The notes beneath the pieces are model-generated. The model did no database searches. It saw nothing but the letters and a program-made list of their open reading frames with translations, and was not told the origin of the DNA. From positions 350,548,001-350,612,000 of the forward strand of contig OZ024741.1 in the NCBI GenBank assembly GCA_964016885.1: a stretch of 64,000 bases of DNA. The letters are read 5' to 3'. Position numbers and translations under genes: made by a program. The stretch's first letter is position 1, and the number at the start of each line of letters is the position of its first letter. The stretch comes from Eledone cirrhosa. Lineage: Eukaryota. Positions 38,480 through 51,742 of the stretch are shown one piece after another.

Positions 38480-40720
38480 ACCATGCTCATTTACCTTGTC
38501 CAAGCTCTTATCCATCTGGAGATCTAGACTTAACCAGACCCCCAAGCAACTTCACCAGTCCATCCATCTATCATCTGACAATGCTGCAAACCCACCGACC
38601 TTTCAGGGTTGATCCATGCTCCTGTCAACCTTTCTTATTCATCTGAGAAATTGCCAACCCCCTCAATTTATGAAGGGTTCAAGACCATCACAGTGACATC
38701 ATTTGTATATGCCAACCAGCTCTTTCATATCCTGGCTCAAGCAGGATGCCCTGCAACAGTTCCAGCTTCCATAATAGTGGCTTGAGAGTCAGCACATACA
38801 GAAGGGAAGAGAGAGGTCTTCTTTGACGGACCACGCACATGATCTGAAATGGTTCAGAAAGGTGGCCATATATAATGGCCATCAAACAGATGCCACTGCA
38901 TGGCAGCAATCCAGCCTCTGAAGATAAGACCGAAGCCACATGCCATGAGGACTCTAACAAAAGCTTTAGATAGATTTGAATTGATTAGAGTCCCATCAAA
39001 GCCAGTTTATTACCTACCTTCTCTATGATGTATATGAGGTGGAGATGGTCGTGTATGGAACTGGTCAAGATTGACCAAGTTTGTGTCTCCCCCACCAGAC
39101 ACTTAATGACATGAGCCAACCTCATTGCTAGTACCTTGGCCAAAATCTTAAACAGTGTCTAGCAGAATTATGGACCAGAAATTATCAATGACATCGCATT
39201 TGTTCTCATCTTTCCACACCAGCATTACTATGCCTCAACTCACACAACTAGGAATACTTTCATTCTGTAGTAGACAGTTTCAAAGAGATTGGCGAACAAG
39301 TCCGGCATATCTATGTAAAATTCATAGGGCAGGCCATCTAAACTGGGAGATATACATCTCGTATAGTTGACCAGGGCTTCCCAAATTTCAGCTGCTGTTA
39401 TTGAATTCATGCAGAATTCGACATCATTTGTCGAGAGTCCCAGCAGGCAATTCAGGTAGGAACTGAAGTCTGTGATAGTGGAGGTGGTGTTGTTTCAGAT
39501 GTTTGTGTTTGGTATTTTCTGGAGTGAAAAATACTTGCACACATATTTAGGGGGGGGGGGGGGGGGACGACGTTTCCTCATCTCCTTCACTAGGAGAAAA
39601 AGTGGTGCATGTGACTGATAATGGTGGAGTGCAAGTATGTTTGTGGCTTTGTGTGTAGCAGGTGGAGAAAGAGGAGAGGGAGCGCTTTCTTTGTGCACCT
39701 CCTGGGTGGTTTTGTTGGAGTCTGTTGTTGGTGGTGGAGGTAGTTCATGTGTTGCTGTTGGTGATAGTGTTGGTCATTATGATGTCGATACTGCTGATGC
39801 TGTTGTTGATGGGGTTTTTTGCTGGTGTTGGTACTGCCAGTGCAGTTTTTGATTTTGCTGTCAGGTTTTGTGCTTTTGTTGTTATTGTAGTTCTTGGGCC
39901 ACAGGTGTTGGCAGGAAGGTGGCCTTTCGGTTCCCTGTCTTATGTTGAGGGCAGAAAGCTCTCAACTCACCACTTTTGTGTGTTCATTTGTTTTCTGTTG
40001 ATTGTGAGTGTGGTTGGCTTGATACTGGTGTCAACGGTGGTTGTATTGCCAGTTGGGGTGGCAGTGGAGGTGATGTTGTTTCAGATGACAACGAGATCAT
40101 CTGCTCTAAACTAAAACATGTAAGTTCACTCCTCTTGGTAGGCGAATGAGGTCAGGGATCTTGTGGATGTCATCCTGTTTGATGTGAAGCAGTGTCTCTA
40201 CACTGATCCCAGACCAGTTCTCTCTTTGTTAATTTTCACCTCCAAGAGGGGGTTACCTCCATCTAGAACAATGTAGGCCAATATCTGCCAGATGTTTACT
40301 TCTAATGGGATCCCTGAAATTTTCACCTTGGTGTTGGTGGTAATGGTGGTGGTAGTGGAGGTGATGGTGATGGTGGTAATGGTGGTGGTAGTGGAGGTGA
40401 GGGTGGTGGTGGTGGTGTTGGCTGTGCTAACTGTCGTGGTGGTGGCAGTGGCGTTCACCATGGTAGACATTGGTTGAGGTGGAAAGTCTATTTCATTTGA
40501 CTGCTGCATGAGATAATAAGGTTTGGTTGCTTGTGTTGGTGTTACTGTTGCTATTGATGCTGCTGTTGTTGTTGCTGCTGTTGTCATTCTTATGAGAATT
40601 TTCGCTGTTCTACTCTATGGACAGCTGGCTATTATATTTAGCAAACAACATTTTTGTCCGCCATCTTAATTTTAGCAGAAAATTGAGGGGTGTGTTTGAA
40701 AAAAATACACAGGTTGAGCT
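38480..40720 (-). mobile_element. Highly degraded Tx1/L1-like LINE
   Basis: KILAKVLAMRL...IHDHLHLI and VRQRRPLSSLLYVL.LKPLL (compare VRQGCPLSPLLY), plus a Thr-rich ORF1-like region with VKISGIP. Confidence 0.6.
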
Positions 40721-41404
40721 CCTAATAGCTGCAAGAAGAGCTAAACTAAGCAGCTCACAAAGATACTGGTTAGTTTAACTACAAACCAATAACAAAAGTT
40801 CAATACAATGAGTTGAATAACGGTATGAAAATAGAACAAACTTACAGAGCGATTTATGATGTGTTGAGACACGAAGCAACAACAAAATAACAACAACAAC
40901 AATAATAAATAATAATAATAATAATAATAAAAACTTCTATTTTATGCGATTTGGTGGGGAGTTGGGCAAATCAACTTCAGTACTTGACTGGTACTTAACT
41001 CTTTTGTGACTGTATCTCCCTTGAAATACACTCTACTTCAATCAATTAATTAATTAATTAAGAATTTTGTAGGATTTACTAAAATTATTAATCATTTTAT
41101 TGCTAAGATAATAACTTAACATAAGTTTCTTCTATAAAATTATGTTGCAAGATTTTAATTTAAATAGGAACTCTTTAAAATAGCTGATTTTGTTTTATGG
41201 AACTAAAGTTCTGGGTGGGTTAATCTTTTTCTATTAACTGCAAGCACCCAAACATAAAATATAAACTACCCCTACCTAGAAATACGGACAACTCCTCAAT
41301 ACATTCACATCTTACAACTTGTCACTATATTATTTAATATCTAATGACTGAAAAGTTGTGGCCTAATGAATTATGATTTACTAGTTAAAAAAAGATGAAA
41401 ATCT

Positions 41405-41621
41405 TTACTGAGGTTGTAAATGTCTCAATACATACCACCAAAGGCTCTCTTGTACTGGGTTGGTTGGCTGATTTTTGGGAACTCTGTTTATACCAATGTC
41501 AACTGTGATGTTGGTGTAGAGTGGTCTGTTAGCTCTAGCTAAAACAGTGTAATTCATTCCATCACGGTCATTTAGGCCATCAGCTAACCACCGACTCCGC
41601 CAACTCAGGAACATTTCATTT
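41405..41621 (-). CDS. GT7 glycosyltransferase probable terminal exon
   Basis: ttgtag|A AAT GAA ATG...; ADGLN...YTVL...PLYTNITVDIG followed by about 30 extra residues and TAA. Confidence 0.85.
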
Positions 41622-41659
41622 CTACAAGAGTAAACCTAAATTTAGTTTTCACTTGATGA

Positions 41660-43440
41660 CTATGTCAAGGCTGGTAGTTTCTGTTTCAGCTGTTAAATGC
41701 TGCAGGTGAAAGTTTCTTGGTGTGGCACCGGGTGGCAGGAGGACTTCTTGATTCGATCAGGGTCAAAGACACCATCCAAGCATAGAAGGAGGCCTATAAA
41801 ACTTGGCTTGGAAATAAGTCCTCTTCTGTGCACTTGCAATACAAGCAGCCATGAAAAGTTGCAGTAGAGACAGTAAAGGCGTCCAAAGTAAAGACATGGG
41901 AGGACTTTGGGGTTAAGCTGGAATTCAACCATTCAACCATTTGCTAAATTCGTTATAAGAAGTCTTTCTCCACACCTGCTATCAGGAATACATCTAGGGT
42001 TCTCCTCTCTTCAGAGAGATGCAGCCTCATAAGATGGAGAGAGTACTTTGCTGATCTCCTAAACCCAGTCACAACAGCATCTTCTGATGTACATGAGGTG
42101 CATCTGGGAGCGATGACTAATCTCTCAGAGGCTGAGGTCTCAAGAGCAATTAAAGAACTCAAATACGGAAAGGCCACTGGGGAGGATGAAATTCGGCCCA
42201 AGATATTAAAAGCCTTAAATAGAGAAGGTACTTTCTGGTTGACTCAGGTGTGCTGGAGGACCTGGATCTCTGAAAAGGCACCAAAGCAATGGCAATGAGG
42301 AGTGATAGTCCCAATTTCCAAAAAGGGAGACAAGAGAGATTGCTCCAATTATAGAGGAATCTCCTTGTTAAGCCACCTCATTAGTCTATGCTATGTGTCT
42401 GGCAAAGAAATGTTAGGAGATTGTTGAGTCCAAGCAGTATAGTTTTTGCCCTGGACGCAGCACAACTGACCAAATATTCACACTGTAACAGACCTTTGAG
42501 AAATCATGGGAGTACTGCATTCCATGGAATTTGCTGTAGAACATTCTACAAGAATATGGGATCGATGGACAGTTTCTTGTTGACCTGATGTCTCTATATG
42601 AATGTCCTAGTATTTGTTTTCAGATAAACAGTGCTAAATCAAAACAATTCAATGTGGGTGATGGATTCTCTGCCAAGGGTGCGTACTGTCATCTCTCTTG
42701 TTCATAATCTTCATGAACAGAATTGACATGTGTAGCAGCCGGGTCAGAAGTAGTGTCACGACTGGTGGGGGTAGGATCAGTTGGCTGGAATTTGCAGATG
42801 ACATGGTATTACTTTACTTGTCAGAACATGATCTCCAATATGGATAGGTTTGATGCTAATTACTGCTCAGCAGAAATGGGATTCAGTGTTGCAAAGACTG
42901 AGATATTCATCTTCACAAGGAAGCTTATGCTGTGCACTCTACATGTGAGTGGAGTTCCACTGAAGTAGATAGAGAAGTGCAAGTATCTTGGGATTGTATT
43001 CATTAGTCATGAAAGGCATGAGGCTGAATTAAGTGCAACAATTGGTGCAGTAATGCACCAGCTTCAGCATTCAGTAATCAGTAGATGGTGTTAAAGCCAA
43101 ATTTGCAAACTTCAATTCAGTATTCATGCCAACCCTTACATGAATCTTGGGTAATGACTGAAAGAATACAATCGCGAATACAAGTGGCTGAAATGGAGTA
43201 ACATTCCTTGATAGAGTGTATAGTTTGGTGATCAGAGAGTTGCTCCATGTAAAGCAGTTACTTCTCCAAATTGAGAGATCACAGCTCCGATACTATGGAC
43301 ATGTAGTTAGAATGTCTCAGGAAAGAATCACTGGACAAATTTTATAGGCAAACCCAACCAACAGGAGAGCTAGGGGTAGACTCTGATCAAAAAGGTTGGA
43401 TAACATCCAGGAGAAGATGAAGAAGATGACTTTGACAAAG
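41660..43440 (+). mobile_element. Degraded RTE LINE (Expander/Rex3-like) in GT7 intron
   Basis: RWREYFADLLNP, GKATGEDEIRP, KKGDKRDCSNYRGISLL, FADD, ERSQLRYYGHV.RM; many lesions. Confidence 0.85.
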
Positions 43441-43846
43441 CAGTGCAAGTTTGTATGCACATGCTCTTACACAAACATGATAATAATGAGTGACTGTCAT
43501 TATCATCAGGAAATGGAAAAAAGGGCAAAGGGCAAATGAATAAAAGCAGTTATCCTCCTTGTCAGCCACTTCCTGGAATGTGATTTTGTGCATTTACAGT
43601 GGGATCACTACTTTACTTCTAGTATGCATAAAGGTTATCAGAAAAAGACCCATGGGAAAGATGTATGTGGGATAATATATCATAAAAACAATTGTACAGA
43701 AAACACACACAAAGAAAGGTCTTTTGACAAAAGACAGTGAGCAACAGAATTGATATTAAGTCTCTTTGTGTGTGTGTATGTGTATATTTATTTGTACTTT
43801 GTGTTGTTGACAATAAGCATGTGTGTATGTGTACACAAATATTTAC

Positions 43847-43942
43847 CCATGTTCTGCTCGACTGTCTTTCGCATGCCGCACCATTTTATATCTGCCAATG
43901 TATTCTGGGGGCCTTGTTAGAAGTAATCCGGCATTCTTTGTT
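43847..43942 (-). CDS. GT7 glycosyltransferase exon (Mn-binding M..H loop)
   Basis: ttccag|A...CATGG|gtaaat; TKNAGLLLTRPPEYIGRYKMVRHAKDSRAEHG. Not in the ORF track. Confidence 0.9.
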
Positions 43943-45256
43943 CTGGAATAAAAACAGAACAAAAAAAAAAGAAACTTATGAATGATGCACATTTGGAAAT
44001 ACATAGTTTACCCCTGATGACAGGGAATGTCTTCATCTGTTCCTGTTCTCATTTAACCCTTTAGCATTTAAACCGGCTGTATCCGCCCAGAATTCTCTCA
44101 CCTCTTTCTGTTCAAACTGGCCATAACTGGCCACTCATACTGATGTTAAGGTATTGTTCTCAAAATAAATAATATCAAAATCTCATAGATTCAATATTAT
44201 GTGAAATATTATGTGAGGTAAAGCCATTACTGTGAAAATGCAATAGTATATATAGAATAATGTGAACGCTAAAGGGTTAATTGATAAATCCTTCATGAGT
44301 TTTGCTGCTGAACATTCAGTTATTCCATCAACTGAACATCCAATCACTTAGAATTTACATTCAAGTGGTTGAGTATTCCACAGACACATGTACCATTAAC
44401 ATAATTCTTATGCAATATCTGTATGATACTTGTGATAAAGCTGGACCTTTGAATTACAGGTACAGTCACTCAAACAGGTTTCCACAAAGTTTCTTTTTAC
44501 TCAATTATACTCGCAAGGCATGGTTCACACTCAGGGATTGAACCTGAAACCTAATGATTGCAAAACAACCTCTTAACTATTTGACCATGCTGTAACCAAA
44601 CACATTGGATAATGTAATCCTAGATACACAATGATCAAATGTAGGTGGATTGGCAAAACTGTTAGAACATTGGTATTTGTTTCAGCTCTCTGTGCTCTGA
44701 GTTCAAATCCCACTGAAGTCAACTTTTCCTTTCATCCTTTTGGCATCAATAGAGTGCTGGTCCAGGGGTAGTGGATGGTCAAAATTGCTAGAGAGTTAGA
44801 TGAGATTCTTTGTGACATCTGATCCAACTCTGTATATTTTGAGTTTAACTCTTTAGCTTCTACATTATTCTATATTTACTATTGTATTTTCACAGTAAAG
44901 GCTTTATCTTACATAATTATCTCACACAATATTGAATGTACAAGATTTTGATGTTATTTATTTTGAGAACAATACCTTAATGTAGCTATGAGCGGCCAGT
45001 TATAGCCAGTTTGAACAGAAAGAAGTGAGGTGAGAGGATTCTGGTTGGATACAGCTGGTTAGAATGCTAAAATGCTGTCAAATGTTACAACTGACAAATA
45101 GTATCAGTAATGGAAAGACAAGTGGAAACATAGTTTTCTTGGTCTGATCTGACTATTGGCTTCTTTCCATTTTTGATCACAGACAGATAGACCTACATGC
45201 CCAAGGCTCACTTGAGACTAAATAACAACAATAACAATAAACAGTGAAAGATTTAC

Positions 45257-45379
45257 CGTGCTGAAAGGTCATCATCTTCATTACCCCAACCCCAGTAGAA
45301 GTTGGAATAACCATTGATTTTCTTCATATTCTCTCTGTTGATAGCAATGACACCTCCTGCATAGTTGTAGAACATCACA
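45257..45379 (-). CDS. GT7 glycosyltransferase exon
   Basis: ttccag|T...GCACG|gtaaat; VMFYNYAGGVIAI...INGYSNFYWGWGNEDDDLSAR. Confidence 0.93.
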
Positions 45380-45882
45380 CTGGAAGCAAGGAAAATTTCA
45401 GGGGTAAACATCATATATTTTAAGAATTCCTTTACTGAAGAAAACAATCATCAACATATGCACGCATGCGTGCATATGTTGATGATATATATATACACAC
45501 ACACACACACAAAACGTGATCTTTTTGATGTATTTCATAGATGGTCACTTGTAAAGTCAGTTCTCATTGGCCAAGATGAGCTGGAAAGTGCTAAAACAGG
45601 CTTTAATTCTTAACATCCTGTAATGACTTAGCAGAAAATGTCTTTAAAATGTTTGCTAATCCAATGGTTTATAGTATTTCTACTAATGAACAGATTGGTG
45701 TGGCAGTTTACAATAATTGATGAATGACTTCAATTATTTATATGAAGTAGTAATAAGTAGTAAGAAGTTTTGTACTTTTTGAGAATGCTTTGCTAATGTG
45801 GTTTCATGTAGTACAGGACATTAAGCATTAAATCAAGTTACTAAGTTTTAAATGAATGTTAGTAAATACCGAAAATACTTAC

Positions 45883-46070
45883 TGATACCTCATTTCATCG
45901 ATTGCTGATGACAAATGTCTAGCATGATGGTCACATAAATAGATGTTTTTGTCATTCTCTGGAATCAGATCAACATCATGGAATACAAAACAATCAAAAT
46001 TATGGTAGTCAAGGGCTTCTAAGTAACCAATGTTCATCAGTTTTCCTCGGTTAAATGTATTCTCTCCACT
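45883..46070 (-). CDS. GT7 beta-1,4-galactosyltransferase-family gene, exon with DVD motif (upstream exons not found in window)
   Basis: cttcag|AGT...TATCA|gtaagt; FNRGKLMNIGYLEAL...CFVFHDVDLIPENDKNIYLC...RHLSSAID. Confidence 0.93.
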
Positions 46071-47470
46071 CTGAAGATTAGAACAAAAGAAACACAGAAA
46101 TAGAAAAAAAATTAGAGGAATTAAAGAAAGAAAAAAAAATTCTACAGTTTCAAAATTCACCCTTTTGATACCAAACCACCTTCTCTCATAATTTTATGTA
46201 CAAGTGGTGGCTGAAAAGTTCATAGGCTGACAATGAAGGAATGATACTAGAGCTGTGAAATCAAAACACAGAGCCAGATCATATACCACAAAGCATAATG
46301 TTTGATTCTTTAAACATTTAGCCAATCTACTGAAAGGTATATGATTAAATCCCTTTAAATTCTTGATTATTTTCAAAATGATTTGAAATCTATAGGCTAT
46401 GTCTTTCATTAGAAACAGTAATGAAAAAAGTGTTTATGTTTCATTTATATTTATTTTATATTGTAATTGATGAACAATACTGCCAGTAGTTACAGATTTA
46501 CAATGGAACAATCACTAATTCATGGCATTTCTGGTGATTAGAGTGACAGGAAGTGGCTTTAACATCAATATTTACATAAACATGCATATGAAAATGTAAA
46601 GAGCCACCAAGCATGTTGTCCGAAGCTCTACCGATACTGCCAATTCATCGCCCTTCCACTCAAAATAATTATTCCTACTTTTGGCACAAGGCCAGCAATT
46701 ATCCCAGTGCATTACTGCTACTTTATTTTATCGACCGACCCCGTAAGGATGAAAGGCAAAGTTAACCTCGGCAGGATTTGAACTCTGACCGTAAAGCGAC
46801 GTAACTCTATGCTGCAAAGCATGGCGTCAAACCCTCTACTGATACTGCCAATCCACTGCCCTATTCCACTCAAATATAATAATGGTAGAATACAGTTATC
46901 GTAGAAAGTATTGCTCAAAGTATTGCAGAGACAGGAAAGGACCGAGAACCACATAGTTGCTCAATGAATTTAACCACACGGTCATGCCTAAGCAAGATAA
47001 AAATATATACATCATAGGAGATAGTACTACTGGTGCTCATTTTCAGCTGAGTTGACTGGAGCAATATGAAATGAAGCATTTTGCTCATAAACACAACATG
47101 CCACTTGGTCCTCGAATCGAACCAACAGTCATAAATTCTAATACTGTAACTAGTTTGCCAGATGTCTTCACTTCCTTTTCTGATGAAATCATATACAAAA
47201 CAAACAAAAAATGGTAGTAAATGTATAGGTATTGAAGAAACAGTTAGAGAATCAACACAAATAGATTGTATTGATGCCAGAAATGTAACTAGAGTTTGTT
47301 ATAGATTTTATAGAAGAGCTGGAAGGTTTTTTTCAACATCAACAATAAGGAGAATAACATCAACAACAGATCAAACAATGGCAAGAACACAAGAAGTGAG
47401 AGAGAGATAGCCGAGAAAAAGAAAATGTCAGTGAGCGAAAAAGAAGGATAGAAAAAATGAAATGAGAGAA

Positions 47471-47508
<38 letters not shown>

Positions 47509-47512
47509 AGTA

Positions 47513-48372
47513 TCATCATCATCATCATTTTACGTCCGCTTTTCCCTGCTTGCAAGGGTGGGACGGGTCTTATTCAGCACAGCATCTCTCCACTTGTCAC
47601 GGTCCTTCATCATCTTCTTGGTGAGTTTCAGCGATCTGAGGTCTGCTCTCACCACCTCCGCCCATGATTTTCGTGGTCTACCTCTACTGTGTCTTCTTTC
47701 TACTGGGATTTCTTGGCACTTCTTTACCCCGCGGTCATCCTTTATGCGCATCACATGTCGATACCATCTCAGCCTTCTCTCCTGCACACCACAACTTATA
47801 CCCAATTTCTTTCTCAACTCGTCTATGCTTGGTCGTTCCCGCACATTGACATTGCACATCCAACGGAGCATACTTGCTTCATTTCTCTCCAGCCGTCTCA
47901 TATCCTCTGCAGTTTCTGCCCATGTCTCACTACCATGCAGCATCGTGCATCTCACACAGGCATCATATAACCGTCTTTTCGTATGCAGGGAGAAACCCTT
48001 CTTTGTCAACAGAGGAAGCAGCTCCCTAAACTTCTTCCAACCCGCCCTTATTCTAGATACTATGGCCTCAGAACGCCCCCCACCCTCCCATGCTAATCTG
48101 ATCCCCTAGGTACCAGAAGCTATCAACCACTTCTATAGAACCCACCTGCATTGGAAAAATGTGTCTATCACTGCGATTACTACTGCCAACTTTCTCTGTA
48201 CATCTACTACATACGTAGTTTTTCCTACCTGTTAGTTTGCCTGCTATCCCATTACATCTCTTGTGTACCCAAGATCTGCATTGCGTACATTTTATGGAAT
48301 TTATGCCAGTTCCTTTCCTACATATCGAACATAGCCATTCCCCTGATGGAATCAGAGAATTGTCCTCTCTTC
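47513..48372 (-). mobile_element. RTE LINE family B, 5'-truncated
   Basis: KKGFSL...HGSETW...RGRPRKSW...KTRPTLASREKRT* followed directly by (GAT)n. A 55-bp tail-only copy lies at about 48404-48463. Confidence 0.92.
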
Positions 48373-48529
48373 TACTTATATATATATATAAAGCATATAT
48401 ATATCATCATCATCATCATCATCATCATTTTACGTCCGCTTTTCCCTGCTTGCAAGGGTGGGACATATATATGTATAATATATACATATATATAATATAT
48501 ATATATATAATATATATATGTTGACATAT

Positions 48530-49242
48530 AGATGTTGCATGGTAGTGAGACCTGGGCGCTGAAGGTGGAAGACTTACGGAGATTAGAGAGAAACGAAACC
48601 TGCATGCTCCGATGGATGTGTAACAGTAATATACGTGAACGACAAAGCATAAATGAATTGAGAGAGAGACTGAGCATAAGAGGAATTAAATGCTGTGTGC
48701 AGGAGAGGCGGTTGCGCTGGTATGGACATGTGATGCGTATGAAGGATGACAGCTGCATAAAAAGGTGCAGAGCACTAGAAGTTGATGGAAACCGCGTAGT
48801 GGGGAGACCCAAGATGACCTGGGATGAGTTGATAAAAGCCGACCTTACCCAATTACACCTCTCAAAGACAATGACACACGACCGTGACTTCTGGCGTCAC
48901 GCAGTAATACAGAGTACCCGACCTCCCATGGGTACAAGCTGAAGCATATAGACAATATGCCCCCACCCCCCCCACCGCAAGGTGGTCGTGGAGGTGCCAC
49001 GGCAAAAAAGCACCCAGCCCACATTGTAAAGTGGACGTGTAGGTGCCACGAAAAAGCACCCAGCACTCACTGTAAATAAGATTGGTGTTAGGAAGGGCAT
49101 CCAGCTGTAGAAATCAAGCCAAATCAGTTCCTGTATGAGCAAGGCATGGTCAGCCAACCAGACACTGCCCACAACAGGACAACCCGTCTAACCCATGCTA
49201 GCGTGGAAGAACGGACGTAAAACGGTGATGATGATGATGATG
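48530..49242 (+). mobile_element. RTE LINE family C, 3' fragment with long 3'UTR
   Basis: MLHGSETW...VGRPKMTW..., then a 3'UTR shared with the SINE at 3828-4242; (GAT)n tail. Confidence 0.88.
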
Positions 49243-50220
49243 ATATAATATATATATAGATATAATATATATATGTGTATATATATATGATACCAAAAAA
49301 TAACCAAATAAATCCTTTTGTATTCATTTGTAACATACTTTGTCGTGCTGTCTTTTTAAAAATATGTTTGTCTACTCATATAAATATCAGTAATATAACT
49401 TGGGAGGGGTGGGAGCATTTGAAAAATCAGGACATCTTAGGGAGGCATGGAGGAAAAAAGGTTGAAAACCTAGGGTCTAGCTGGTTTTTACAATCTCCAT
49501 TCTGATGATATATATATATATATTTTATACATATATTATATACATATATTATTCATATTCATCACTTTCTCTCCACCACCATTCACTCTCTCTCTCTCTG
49601 AATATACATATATTTAATTTAACTCAATATTTACTTACATTAAGTATAAACCAATATCCCTCATAACTCATTAAAACAATTATCTATAACACGATATACC
49701 CATATATCCATTTATTTATCTATTTATCTATTTATTGATTTATTTTTCTATTTATTTTTCTATCTATTTATTTTTCCATCTATTTTTCTATCTATTTTTC
49801 TATCTATTTATTTTTCTATATATATTTATTTTTCTATATATATCTATTTATTTTTCTATCTACTTATAACAGTAAATATTATATTAGAAAAGAATTTCAA
49901 CAACTAATTAATCGTAAATACACGTACCATTAGTAGATATATACTTAAAATATATTCCCCCATATTAACATTACATGAGTTCTATTCATCCCCTTGTTAA
50001 TTTCTTTTCTCTATCTCTCTCGTAATATTTTTTATTTTTTCTCTCTCTCTTTCTCCAGTGTCATTTAAATAAACGGTTGTTTTTCAATTATTTACATATT
50101 CATTTGCATATTCACACATAAGTTTGAATAATCCCTAATATATTTCCACTATCCAGTGAATTTCCAACCGATAAGGTATGATTTTCATGGTTATGTCTCT
50201 ATTTATAAAACAAACTTTGT

Positions 50221-50283
50221 ATTTTATCTGATGAAAGCGTACCAATGTTGTCTTGGTTGCACTTGAAATATATATAATAAAAT
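50221..50283 (+). ncRNA. Type I hammerhead ribozyme motif
   Basis: ATTTTAT-CTGATGA-AAGCGTACCAA..TTGGTTGCACTT-GAAA-T-ATAT-A-TA|ATAAAAT: 7-bp stem I, long stem II and palindromic loop III. Confidence 0.7.
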
Positions 50284-50789
50284 AAATATGGTTTTATAAA
50301 TATAATTTCCATTTATTTAATATCATTATATATATATTATATATATATATACATGTATTATATATCATCATCATCAACACTGTTTTACGTCCGTTCTTCC
50401 ACACTAGCATGGGTTAGATGGGTTGTCCTGTTATGGGCAGTGTCCAGTCGGCTGACCTTGTCTTGCTCATATGGGAACTGATTCTGGCTTGATTTCTACA
50501 GCTGGATGCCCTTCATTTACAGTGAGTGCTGGGTGCTTTTTTTCTGTGGCGCCTACACGTCCACTTTACAGTGTGGGCTGGGGGCTTTTTTGCCGTGGCA
50601 CCTCCATGACCACTTTGCAGTGGAATGATAGGAACCCCAGTCCTATCATCTCCTTTCTACAGCTGAGTAAACTGGAGCAATGTGAAATAAAGTGTCTTGC
50701 TCAAGGAAACAACACATCACCCGGTCTGAAAATTGAACTCACAAACTTTCGATTGCAAGCCCAAAGCTCTAACCACTAAACCATGTGCC

Positions 50790-51740
50790 AAGCTCCAAAG
50801 GGTGATCAATGAGGTGGGTGACCGGACTTGCCTTCAGTCAGACCTACTGGCTGTTAGCTAATGGGCAGAAAAGAATAATATGCTGTTGAATGAGAATAAG
50901 TTTGAATTAATCCACTTTGGAAAAAAGGATGCCCTGAAACTACCATACTCTCTTCTTTCAGGTGAAACTCTAGTGGCATCCAACAACATCAGAGACCTGG
51001 GAATAATTGTGGACAACAATATAAGCTGGGCCACTCATATAAACAGCAAAGTTGACATGGCCTGCAGAATGTGTTCCTGGATTCTCAGAACCTTCCAGTC
51101 GAGAGATATCCACACTGTTATCCTTCTCTACTCCACTTTTACCCGACCCCACCTTGAATACTGTTGTCCTCTGTGGTCTCCCCACACAAAACAAAGTACC
51201 ATGAAAGTTGAAGCACCCCAACGATCGATTACAAAAAAGATAGATGGCATAACAGGTCTTGACTATTGGAGTCGATTAGAAAAGCTCAACCTTTATTCTC
51301 TCCAACATCGCTGTGAGCACTACATTATCTGTATGATGTGGAAAATATTGCATCAGCTTTGCCCAAATGATGTTGGCATCACCTTTAATGTACACCCAAG
51401 TCTTGGGCCCCGTGCTATCCACCCACGACAAAAATCTCACTTGCATCTCATAACCATAATACAGCACAATTATTTCACCTCAATTGGCCCTGCTCGCTTT
51501 AACATTACACCAAAACACATCAAAACAGAAACAGACCCCATCAAGTTCAAGAAGTCTTTGGACAAATTCCTTCAAGAAATCCCGGATAAGCCTCCTACAC
51601 CCAGATATGCCTCCGTAAACAATAACTCTCTGCTCCAGTGGGCCATGGTGCCCAAACCCTGATTTGTAAGACTTCGCCAGGTGGTGCTATTAAGTTAGAC
51701 ATGGCCTGGGCCAAAACTGGCCGAAACCTATCAAAGTTAT
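50790..51740 (+). mobile_element. CR1-group LINE 3' fragment
   Basis: ORF 50880..51662: IRDLGIIVD, RPHLEYCCPLWSP, LEKLNLYSL, FKKSLDKFL. Confidence 0.88.
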
Positions 51741-51742
51741 CA

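Noticed and set aside
39637-40587. Val/Thr-rich ORFs as a mucin or membrane protein
   Set aside because: Low-complexity trinucleotide repeats inside a degraded Tx1/L1-like element, with no splice support.
44011-44050. CTGATGA followed by a hairpin as a hammerhead
   Set aside because: There is no GAAA or stem III after the hairpin.
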